Assembly: GCA_024679065.1 (NCBI GenBank)
Contig: JAGIQG010000017.1
Coordinates: 28,148,001 to 28,212,000, forward strand
From: Sphyrna mokarran
Taxonomy: Eukaryota
Direction: 5' to 3'
DNA: 64,000 bases
This document shows positions 12,200 through 24,400 of this stretch, piece by piece; position 1 is the first letter of the stretch; each line of letters opens with the position of its first letter. Both the position numbers and the translations under genes were made by a program. The notes beneath the pieces are model-generated. The model was not told the DNA's origin. It saw only the letters and a list, made by a program, of their open reading frames with translations, and searched no databases.

Positions 12200-13100
12200 A
12201 GTGGGGATTGTTGTTTATTCTGTAGCCCACTGAATCACAGATCTTTTGTTGCCTGGATCACTAGGTGTGTTTCAATCTTCCAGGCTGCGTAACCACTTGC
12301 AACACAGCCTGCTGTTGCTGGGCTGGTGGGGATGGTGGAGGGTGCCAGTGGATTTCAAAGGCATTAAAGCTCTGAATATTTGTACCGCTGGCTCCTTTAG
12401 GCAGCAAAAAAGGGGGTACCAGACACATTGTAGTTCACAGCTACACCAGCAGGCAGGACATCACCTTCCCCACTAGCCACAGCATCAGTAGGATGGGCCT
12501 CACGGCTTTGTAGCAATTGCTGCCTATGATAGTTTGCAGGATAGGATTGACTATATACATGTAGCCAGTGAGGCACCAGAACACAAGCCAGCAGGATCAG
12601 TAATAGAATGGCATCCCAGACTAACAATTTTCCCTCTGATCATAGGAACGTGCAGAGCAGTGCAATTTGTCCAGCAAGTTTCTTAGGTGCTTTTGTTCTC
12701 AGCTATGCTTCCAACCCCCTCTTACTCAATCCTAGGAGCAGCAAGATAGGATGGAAGCGAGGAAACAACTGATAGTTCTGGAACAACTGAGTACTGATGC
12801 TCATGCACAATTCCACCATTCCATAACTACTCAGAGGTTCAAATATATGGACTGCTCATTAGACTGTCTACAATACACTTCCTGATAGCTCTCATGATGT
12901 GAAATGAGCAGTATAACATTGCAGACGTGTCTGAACATGAAAGAAGCAGAGATGCAATTGTCATTACTGAATGAGGAAGACTAGGGGAAGGAGAGAAAGC
13001 GACAGAGGAAGATGGATTACATCAGTATCTTGCCACCAGTGATGATAAAAATCTGCTCCTAAATCAACAAATCTAGTGAGTCCCACACATCCGAGAACTT
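12200..13100 (+). mobile_element. Possible heavily decayed Harbinger-type transposase fragment
   Basis: Only weak motif echoes (KKGYQ, similar to NRKGYH; RFKYMD..LQY) with no intact frame. Confidence 0.3.
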
Positions 13101-13944
13101 TCAAAGAGACTTGGAAATAATGGTCCCAATCATAATCTTAAAGTATTTAATTATTCCATTAAATAGCGTTGGTGGGGTGGTCCTTCTTGTGCTGAACAAC
13201 CTGCCTACTCTGCATACTTCCATTGGACACTTCCGACATGAATATTAGTGCCTTCCTCAAAATAACGTCTATCACAGCTCACATCAGGAATGTGCACATG
13301 CTTAGCACAGATTACATGTGAAGAAAAAATAGTACTGGTGGCAATAGAAAACAGAGGCTAAGCAGTCTAATTTCATAGCTGAAACCTTGTGTGAATTCAT
13401 TCCAGAAGAAACAACATAACGAATTGTATATTCTGCTTTTGCAATTGGATGACTATTGAACGTAAAGTGTATTGAATTTCATAATTCTGTGAGCACAGAA
13501 TTTACAAAATATAATCCACTCTACGAATTTTCTCTGCTCCATAGACTCTCTTTAGGAAAAGAATGAAAATTTTGATTCCCTCTTCATTGTTGGCAGTGAT
13601 ATGATTGTTGAGCTGTTTTGAGTTATTTTTAGTGAATTTCTTCATACATTTAGATGCAGGAAATTCTTCAATCTTGCAATGATAGATTGTGAGAAGTGAA
13701 CTGGAAATGGAGTCTACAGTGAGCCTTTTAGTTATTGCGACTTATTCTATTTCTCATCCATATGCAGTTACTATTAATGTCAATGCACTATAGTATGATT
13801 TTATTTGTAACTGATGAATCAGGATTCTATGCAACTATTTTGTGGCTTTCTGAGACCAGCAGGTTTTATTTTGCTAATATTTCACCAAGCAAATTATTTT
13901 TAAGGTTGTCATGTGGCAAAGTGCCAACACAGAATTGAAGGAAC

Positions 13945-14235
13945 GCAAGAAACAATATACTGTAGATGCTGGAAATCTGAAATAAAAGCAGAAAATGCTG
14001 GCATTACTGAGCAGATCAGACAGCATCTGTGGAGAGACAATTGGAGTTCATGTTTCAGGCCCATGACCAATCATCAGAACTGGGAAGAATTAGAAATACA
14101 ATAGACTTTGAGTATGTGATAGGGGCAAAGTGGGAAGAAAAAGTTGGATGTTCAACCTGGAAGCTTTCCACTTTCTCCTTGAATAGGGGCCTGACCAGTC
14201 CCCATCCACCAGCCAAATTGAACATGTTCTCAATG
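13945..14235 (-). mobile_element. Penelope-related short repeat with a hammerhead-like core
   Basis: Common shark repeat GATGCTGGAAATCTGAAATAAAAGCAGAAAATGCTGG. The minus strand has CTGATGA-stem-GAAAC at 14077-14052. Confidence 0.6.
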
Positions 14236-14399
14236 TGAAAAACTTTAGCTCTAATTATTTCTTTCAAATAAAAGATGTTTCTATGGGTATCTATATCGGT
14301 CTAAACAACGCTTGCGTTTTTGCCCATTGCCTTTGGTCCCCACTGTAACCTTCATTTCCCAGCCATTGATTCTATCATCCCCCAGTAAAGGCCAGAGAA

Positions 14400-14675
14400 A
14401 CTGTTTGCAACCTTCATGTCATTTATTTGACCCTTAGGTGAGCTTCTGATTGCTGTCTCATGACTTCCAATTTCCACTTGTGTAGCATCACCCAATTTCA
14501 TCCAAACTTCAGCTTGAATGTAGCTGAAATCTTCGCTGTTGCATTTTTTTATTCACTTGCCTGAGTTTTCAAAGTACCCTGGCTAGAATCCTATTTGCTC
14601 CACTCCTCAAACTTGAGATCATCCAAAATTATGCTGTCCATATTGAATCTCACACCAAGTCCTATTCACCCAAAG
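14400..14675 (+). mobile_element. Old L2-clade LINE fragment
   Basis: Degenerate translation ...LKLEIIQNYAVHIESHTKSYSP resembles the L2 ORF2 C-terminal region (KLELIQNSAARILTRTK). Confidence 0.5.
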
Positions 14676-15989
14676 AGTATTCTTTATACTAAGCAATAGC
14701 AAATAGCATTAACACCCATGTCTTTCAGAATATGTCGACATGCTAATATTTTCTGTCATATGACTGTATTGCTTCCTATTGCTTCCAATTGACTGCTTCC
14801 CAGTTTTTTTTTATTCAATTTGTCCAATTTCTTGAAATACAATGTAAATTAGAAATAAAATTGATTTACAAAGTTTAATTAATTTAATGTTTTGAATGGA
14901 AGTTGCAGATAGTCTCATAATAATTTGCATTTATATAGCACCTTTAATCTAGTAAAACATCCTCAATGCAGTATGTCAATGCCATTAAATGCCATTTGAA
15001 TCTTCAGATTCCTTAGCTACATCAGCATAATTAATCATTACGTGGTAATCTCATCAATAAGAGGCAGTAGGACTATTTAAAATGCTGTATTATCCAATTA
15101 GGTTGCTGATATTAATATTAGGTCCAATGCAGCGCTACTGAAGTTACCATTTATAAATTTATAACATTAAGTACTTTGCATTTAATACAATTAATTATTA
15201 GGTAGAAGCCCAGAAGGGAAGTATGTTTTCAGCTGTATATAATTAGCTCATCAAAATTGAAACACAGCCATTTTATTGTTTAGTACAAGCTTTACTTAAT
15301 ACATCTGGGATATCATTCTTATATCTGGGAAAGAACTTCTTCCTCATTGGCTTAACTTGAATGCTGCTCAATCAAAAGAAGTACCCAAAAAAAACTCATC
15401 AGAGCACAAATATGCCACTTCCTGTACATTGCACTCTGTACAGAATATTTGCAGTTTTTTAATGTTAACTGTTCCTTGGAACTTTCCAAAGTCCCTTCCT
15501 TCGTTTCTTTCCTGGAAATCAGTTCTGAGGCTGTACCAGGATGCACTGGTCCTCCATGTTAAAAATTAATGTCAGTCATTTCTTTTACTGGCGTTATTGT
15601 GTAATTTCCTTTTTCTCATTCACTTTTCCAAATACATTCTAATTGTCAGTATTTTAAAAGAAATAGTTTTACATTTCTTTAAATTACTCCACAGATGTGT
15701 TCTACTCTAACACGTATAACTCAGATTCTGTTTCAATAGGCCTTAGGCAATTGTTATAATGAAAGTTTGGTTTAAAAAAATACAGTTCATTAGAAGAGTA
15801 TTCTACTATCCTTACCCAATTACAGTAATGTCTCCTTTAAAACACAGCAATGAATTTCATTTCAAAATTAAATATTAATTCAGACTAGTGCATCTACAGA
15901 GTATATCTTGGTATATTTTTAAAGGTTTATCCATTCATACAAAGACCATTAAAACATATACTATTGCTGTAGAAAGAATGCTTTTTACT

Positions 15990-17110
15990 GCCTATTCATA
16001 ATTGCCCTCGAGAAAATGGTGGTGAGCTGCCTCCTTGAACTATTGCGGTCCATTTAGTGTGTTCTGTTAGAGGGAAGAGTTCCAGAATTTTGACTCAGCA
16101 ACAGTAAAGGAATAGTGATACTTCCAAGTCAGGATGGTAATTTGTTTGGCAGGGAACTTCCAGGTAGTAGCATTGCCATGTATCTGCTGCTTTTGCCCTT
16201 CTAGATGGTAGTGGGTTTGGAAATTATTATTTAAAAAGCCTTAATGAGTTCCTGCCGTGCATATTGTGGATGGCACGCACAGCTACTACCATGGTGGTAG
16301 TGGAAGTGGGTGTCTATGGATGAGGTTCCAAGCAAGAAAGTTGTGATATCTTGGATAATGTTAAGCTTCTTCAATGTTGTTGGAGCTACACTCATCCAGA
16401 CAAGGGGAGAGTAGCCCATCATATTCCTGACTTAGGCCTTGTAGATTGTGGACAGGCTTTGGGCAGTCAGGAGCTGAGTCACTCACCATAGATTTTCTAA
16501 TCTCTGACCTGCACAGTATTTTTATGGCTAGTGCAGTTCAATTTCTGGTCGATGGTAATCACCAGGATATTGATAGTGGGGGATTCAGCAATGGTAATGC
16601 CATCGTACGGCAAGGGACGATTGATAAATTCTCTCTTACGGGAGATTGTCATTGCCTTGCACTTGTGTGACATGAATGTTACTGTGTATTTGACAAATTA
16701 TGCTTGGATATTGTCAAGGTCTTGCTGCATTTGGATATGGACTGCTTCAGTATCTGAGGAGCTTGAATGGTGCTGAACATTGTGCAAACATCAGCGAGCA
16801 TCCCAGTTCCTCATCTTATGATGGAAGGAGGATAATTGATGAAGCAGCTGAAGATGGTTTGGCCTAGGACTCTTATCCTGAGGACTCTTACCATCACTAT
16901 AGTGATGTCCTGGAACAGAGATGACTGACCCTCAACAGTTACAATGACTCCAACCAGCAGAGAGTTCCCTCCCCCCACCCTCAATCCTCTGCCCCCACAT
17001 TTCCAATCTCCACTCGATTCACATGAACTTCAGTTTTGCTAGATTCCTTGATGTCACACTCAGTCTAATGCTGCCTTAGTGTAAAGAGGGATCACTTTCA
17101 CTTCACTGGT
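15990..17110 (-). mobile_element. CR1-clade LINE 3' fragment with RT motifs
   Basis: Minus strand gives VLGQTIFSCFINYPP and GMLADVCT (degenerate PQGSVLGP and FADD motifs). Its 3' end matches 1-260. Confidence 0.8.
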
Positions 17111-17554
17111 ACCCTTTCTGAATTGAAAAAAATTAAATGAACAGTAAACTTGTACTAACAACAAAAGAATCCAAATTAAGTTGTGACATTTTTTCCAAAG
17201 TTTCATTTTTTCCACTATCAATAAGAATACAAGATGTCTTTATCTTGTTTGTGTCTTTGGATGCTCATATACATCACAGGACATCACAAAGAAATTTTTG
17301 TCTTGCCCGGTGCTAATAGCATTTGACTGCACTGGGGCGCCTCCACACTCAAACAGGCTGTCACTTTCCAGACTTCACCTTGCAGCATGAACCCTCTTGT
17401 CACATAATCGTTCCTGACTTCCATCCTACCATAGACCTTTCCATTTGCTCTTTTTCCCGGACCTCACCACCCGCCCCATCTTTCATTTTTTCTTAAACCT
17501 ATTACATATCTGATGTTTTCCCAATCCTGATTAAATGACCTGAAACTAAAATAT

Positions 17555-18464
17555 GGGAGTTTTGTTCACGGAACTGCCAGTCGAGCTTTGGTTGTGTGGT
17601 ATCTGGTCCACATTCCTCTTGACTGTACACACGCTGATTTCTATTTGAACTGGGATTTAAAATGTAGTGTCATCGCTATTGAGTCCTCAGTCAAGCTGAA
17701 TATTATCCATTGGTTTAGTCCCGTCTTTTATGCTGCTTTTGTTTTTGTTGAATGTTGGTGGCGGGGGACTGGCTGGCCAATGGTTCAAAATCATAAAAAT
17801 GTGAGGTGTATCTCCCTCCAAGATGTTACTGGACGTGCTGAGTATTTCCAATGTTTACTGTTTTCGTTCACTTCCTAGACTTCTGCATAGAAGAATGTCC
17901 ACCAGCTGCTTGTGCCAGGAGCTGAAAGACCACAAATGCACAGCACATGGCTCACGGCTATCGGGGAGGCAAGTAGAAACTGAAAATTACATATTAATAA
18001 GAGGTTGACAAAAAACTACACCAGTATCCTTTTTTTCTGCCTCCGCCCTCATTTTTTGGTTAAACAATGATGGCTGATGGATTCACTTGGCAAACCTCTG
18101 AAAGGAGTTACTGAGCGGACAGCGTAAATGTATTGATTTAATGTCAATGGATAATCATGAACCCACCAGGGTCTCAACTTCCACTGTTGGTATTCACTTA
18201 TCTCCCTCACATTTTTATAATTTTGAACCATTGGTCAGCCAATTCCTCGCCACAAACATTCCGCAAAAACAAGAACAGCATAAAAGACGGGAATAAACCA
18301 ACGGATAATATTCTAGGCAACAGCTTGATTGAGGAGCCAGTAGCAGTGACACTACATTTTAAATACCAATTCAAATAGAAATCAGAGTGTGTACAGTCAA
18401 GAAGAATGTGGACCGGGTACCACAGAACCAACGCGCGAATGGCAGCCCCGTGAATAAAGCTCCC
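17555..18464. mobile_element. Foldback/MITE-like element with ~250-bp terminal inverted repeats
   Basis: 17555-17806 is the reverse complement of 18205-18464: by hand, 32 mismatches in 252 aligned bases plus one 8-nt indel. The spacer is ~400 bp. Confidence 0.8.
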
Positions 18465-21400
18465 CCAATTAATTGATGTATTTTTATTTTTATTTTTGAT
18501 GCGGGAAGATAAAGAAACATATAAATCAAATGCATTCTGAAGCAGTGAATTGCAGCGCCATCAACTGGTGCTGGTGAACTGTTTTCAAAAGTACTAAGAG
18601 ACACAATGCTTTTCTTATCGTTTTACCATGAAATTCTGAGAGCAACACATACTCTCCTTCCTTGTAAGCCAGTTTGGTGGTTTGTGGATCGCGCTCACAG
18701 ATTTTAATACAATGTAGAGTTGATCGTGGGCGTTTGTAGCGGTAAAAACAACCATTGATTAAAAATGCAGGCAAATAAAATTGAAGGAAACGTTTTGATC
18801 TGTTATTTTAGTATTGTAACCTTTCTGCCCCTTACAATTTTCATGGCAGAGTTTATTGCAAGTATATCAGTTCCCATAATAGAGTGGCGTTGTTCCAGAT
18901 GCGGGAGTAAGAGCTCTGATAACTCTGGTTAGTTTTTCAGCTGGGTTGAAGATTCCTGAGACTGCGTTAAGATTAGGGTTGCAAGTCAAATGTTTGATAG
19001 CATCATCGCACTGCTTAATAACCGGGTGCAGTGTAATAGAATAAGGATATCAGCCGGTTATGGCAATCTTTTCCTAATCACTTTCAATCTCGGAAACTAA
19101 CAAATATTTACTATTGAGTTTATGCATAAATCAATATTAAACGGGCAAGTTTTCGAAATTAAAAAAATAGCGAGCTTTGTGCTGTGTTAGAACGTGAATA
19201 GCGGAAGGCAGGTCAAGATTCTATAATTAAACTGAATAAATGTTCCATTTAATTTGAGCTAAATATTTTATACTATTTAAATGATGTGCTCTGTGCAATA
19301 AATCATAATGCAACTGAATTGTACTAATTTCCCAAACTAATCTGCTATGAAATGGTATAAATCTGCACTAAAGCAATGTTGAAAATGCTTTGCCCCTGTG
19401 TTGGATGTAACTAGACTTTTCCTTTGTTGAATTCAGCATTTAAATGGTTTGTGAAATTCTATTCAGGCCCTGCGTTAGAACTGACGGATTCTCATTCCTC
19501 CCCGCCACAATAATGATTTCAGACTCAAACATCGACTCGGCCAGCTTTCCACTGCCCGTGGACAGCTGGATTTACCTTATTGTGTCATTATGGGCTGCTT
19601 TATACAGCTCTAGTTTTAATAGCATCCGAAATTCACCATTTTCATAATGGCACTTTTTCTAAATCCTTTTAAAGATTCATCATCAATAAGTGTCCCTGAT
19701 ATCAGGTCATTGAACAGGACTAACCTTTCGATTTACAGAATTGAGGCCAGAGCAGGCACTAGTTTGATTTCTCATTAAGAGAAAGCTAGCAAATAAGATA
19801 TTAATGGCATATATTAAGTGTTTGGTAAATGTCTGGGTATCTGTTTCCTTTACTTTTGATCAATAGATTGGACAGACCAAGAGATAGATGCATATGCCGA
19901 GGTAAAGAGAAGCAGTGTGCTTTAATCTGTGTTTGATGAGGAATCTCTTCCTTCCAAATCTTTTTGTAATGTACCTTTCCAATTCTGGATAAAGATACAT
20001 TTCACCAACTTTATAGCAATGAAAAGTCAAAGGGCTAAACTGCCGTGGACAAGAGTAACTGAAGAAGGATCAAAAAAGCGATTACCGTCTCCATACAGAA
20101 TATTAGAGTTACATTAGGGTGATCCCACCTCTAATCCAGCCAGTGTGTCGGTGCAAAAATGTGACAATCGGTGTCACCGGCCAGGCGTCCATTTGCGGCA
20201 GTTTTTGGAGTGGGGTGAGGGGGGGAGGGGGTTGTGAGGGCGATCCATTGGACTAAATGAACAAATCTCATATCAATATAATTTCAGAGATCATACATTT
20301 GACTGTTACCACTAGGACAAAGCCAGGATTGTTTAGTTTCGGGCGTAAACTACCCAGTAACAATGAGCAACGAGTCCATCTACCGTCAAATGTCAGATAC
20401 CATCTTAGATACATTTGGGCTTGGATAAATTATTTAGAAAGATATCGAGGTTAGCATTTTCTCCATTAACACATTCGCCCAGTGAATCATGATTCAAAGC
20501 TTTCATTTGGGGCATTCATCATGACTGAGCATGATAATGCAATAATATTGAATAATTCACACGACCTGAACATTGTTTTGGTCGGATATTGCCTTTTTTG
20601 TGGATAAAGGAATTATATGACATTACTATCGTCAGCATTTCTGACCTATTCAGCGTTATGATGATGAATATTACAGTTTGGAATCGTGTATATTTAACTG
20701 TGAAAGTGATGGCACGTTATTATTGACAGTGTATATCATACCGATTCAACCTTGTTATCTACCATACCGGTTACATTGTGCTGTTTTTTTTCTTGACTGC
20801 TTAAAATTAGCGGGGAATCCAGGAGACATGCATCTGTATTAATGGAATACTCACGCCAGCACGGAGGGTATAACAATCGAACAAATTACCTCGCCTTTAA
20901 GATGTTAAAGAGATGGTTCCGGATCAATTTGGCCAACTACTAAAAAGTCACTGTCACAATCATCGAGAAATAAAGGCGGGTTTGGAAAGATGTCATTGAG
21001 TTCCTGGTATTAGGCCAGTCTGCAAAGACAAATATCATTTGACAATGTTACCCACTAACAGCCTGAATCACAATAACTTCTGTATTAAAAATAAAATGCA
21101 TATGACAGTAAGTCACACGTGAGTGTAATGTAAACCCCACTGCGGCACCTTCAGTGCTTAAATACATGACATCTGCTGTAACAAGATCAAAAACTGCTGT
21201 AAATGCTGTTTGCAACCCACATTGGCTTGCTGTGTTTCCAACAGCTCCTGTTTTTATTTCAGATCCGCAGTGTTTTTCTCCCCATTCCTAACATCAATTG
21301 TAGCTTGATTTCCAATCGCTTCATCAAGCAGTCAGAAAAGCCACAAGTAAACAAAGGATTTGTTTCTCTCTCTAGCCGGTTCTTAATGCCAGACTTGTGT

Positions 21401-24400
21401 AAACAAACACTTCTGTGTCATTTATCAGGTTTACAGATATGTTTGCTTAGAAAAAAAGAGGGCAGCGACTTTCCAAAAACGATCTGAATAAACCAGGTTT
21501 TGATTTACGCTTGCTTTCCCCTCCGATCAAACCAGATTGTTTTTAATGCCTTGAAATGAAATATTTCTAACATTGCTTGTAATTTATGCATTCGCTATTT
21601 TGAGTTTGTTTTCGGCTTTGTATGTACGCCGCATCTAGTTTTCACACATAGTTAACTGTGTTGAAAAGAAGCAAATAGGTCCTGGAGTTAAAATTGAAGT
21701 ACTTTTTTCTCTCTCCAAGTAATGTCCTGACACCTTGCTGAGAAAATATTGAAGCAGGGAACAGTTTATCTGAAGAATTATAAGAATGGATGCTGATTCC
21801 CCTTCCCCGCTCTTTCTAGTTCTGGGCCTTGTAACGGTCTACAAGTTTAATAATACAGGTCTCATTTTCTTTCATTTATAATATTGAGTTGAAAGCGGGA
21901 TTCCAATTTCCGTTGTGATCTTTTCCAAGCATTTTTAATTGACGTCCTCAATTCGCATATATGGCGTCAAGAATGTATTAGAATCATGCTCTGGGTTTAA
22001 ATCAGCTTTGAATACAGAGTAATTCCAGGCTCGTTTTGAAGTCTTAGAGTTAAGCCGAATATAATAAAAAGAATCAGACTTGTAAAAAAGAACAAACCTA
22101 ATACAATCAGAAATCCCTACAAAAGTGACAAATCGAACACTTTCCAAACTCATAAAAACAGACACTGCAGAATTGCGCAAGCTTTTTGACAATTGTCTGA
22201 ATTGATTCGGCCATTTTTCCTGTTAATACTGACCATATTTTTCTACATTTTTGTTCCCAACAGAAACAAAATTGATTAATGCCAGGCCGTGTTCTTTTAA
22301 GTAGAATACAAAAATGCATGATGCTGATTTGTAAATTACTTGAATGGTGATGAAGAGAATGTACATCGATAGGGGGTGCTGTTACAGGAAGCGTTCGCCA
22401 CACATCCCTAATAATGAATCATTCAGTCACTTCTATCTGCGGTGCTTCTTCGTCAGAAGTGATAAAACAACTTGTTCCGGAACACGACCTTTATGAGTGG
22501 CTTTATCAAGCAGATGAGAGGGGTTTAGGGTTTCCCGTACACAACATTAATCCTGAGAACTAATGACGTACTTTCCCCCAAACTGTGATTCTTCCAGCCA
22601 TACAAAGTAACTTATCCCGAATCACGATAGAACGTTTATGCCAAAGGAACAGAACTTCTCCCAGATAATTCCCCTCCTTACAGAACACCGCAGACAAATA
22701 GGATTCCGGGGTGTGGTTCCAAACTCTCACTGCAGCTGGCAAAAGGTTAATTGCCCTTGGCTTACCTCTGTCTCTGTCTAGTGACATGATTGTCATCTCT
22801 TTAAAAAGGAACTGGGGAGAAAAAGAGAGGAAAAGAATCATTCCCTAAAACGATATAAGTCTTCAACATTCAGGGACAACACCTAAAGTATCAAGCAGCT
22901 CGTTTATCTCTTGTTTCAAGACTTCATATTACAAAGGAGCTCCCTGATGATAAGTATCTGCTGTCAGAGAGATTGACTGCCCTGATGGACATGTTCGCGG
23001 TTTCTGATGTCTTCTCCTCAGGGGTTGTTTTAAGACCTCGAAAGCTGTACCTCTCTGATCTGTCTTCCCATAACCTGGAGGGAAATAATTAGCAACAAAA
23101 AAAAAGTCAGTTTGCAACACAGGAGGGACGAATGTGATCTCCAAGCAACATCAGAGAGAACAATGCATTCCTTTAGTGAAAGTCATGTAATTAATAAGAA
23201 GGTAGCTGCTTTTAAAAACACATTGTCCAATTTAGATATGGACCATTTTGTACCTAACGGCTAATTGCCGCATTCAAAGAGAAAGCCAAATCAAAGTGTG
23301 TTAACGATGCTTTTAAGCAAGGTTGTGTAATGTGTGTGTTCGTGCAGCATTTGTATCACATTTAACGCTACATATCCAGTCAATTCAGTTTGCTTCGTTC
23401 ATGATTTTTTACCAAACACAGATTTTACCAAGTTTTCAGAGAATTCACAGTAAATTATGTTTAACTATTTTTTACAGTAAGTACATGGCCATTACAGGAT
23501 TCTGATCTACACATTAACCTATTGTGGCTTCATCGGCGGCATTTGAGTGCGGAGTGATTTGATAACTTTGCATTATTCTTTATATGTAAACATTGTTTTA
23601 CTAAATCAGGAAGGGGACAAATTGTTTAAAACGGCATGTAGTGGAACTCAATGGCTGCGTAAAGAGAACTAGGAAAACAAGTGCAGGAGTAGGGGTAATG
23701 CAAGATATCAGAAATAAACATCATTTTTTTTATCATTTGTCATTTTAGAGCATCATTTTCCCTCAACCATCCATCTACACTACGATATACGTGCATTTTC
23801 AAAATTACTTAAAGACTTTTATATACATTTGTGCTAACTTCTGTTAATATGCCACACCGATAATGCGAAGTGCTCTATTATAGTTATTGTATTTATAAGT
23901 ATAAAACAACTATGATATACCGTGCATGTGCTATTCAAATGTAACTAATGAGATAGTACCGTAATAGGATGTTGAAAGTATTTTTAAAAAATACTTCAAA
24001 AAGTTCCAACAATGGTAGCATGCAACCTTCAAATGTGAAGCTCAAGTATAAATATGATACGATTAATATTTTTAAGTGATCTTTAGCACCCCGAAACATT
24101 AACGTTACAAAACATATATGAATTAATGATTTAGATTAGACTTGTTGGTTTGCAAGACCTGGTATCTTTAAAGAAAATAATCATAAATTGTAATGTTTGT
24201 TGTACAGAAGGACACTTTTTTTTAATCGAAGTTGGCTGTTCCACATCATGGGAACACGTGTCCATTTCAGTCCCAACCAGCGCATTAATGTTAAAATAAT
24301 TAATGCTATTGCTTCCCTTCAACATGACGAATTCAAACAGAATATAAATAGACCATGGAAAAGTTGCCAAATGATAATAAAGGCTAAGTCAGTTAAATGG

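Noticed and set aside
17588-18431. Pair of similar ORFs on opposite strands suggesting duplicated small genes
   Set aside because: They are translations of the two inverted-repeat arms, start at non-ATG codons, and an 8-nt indel breaks their shared frame.
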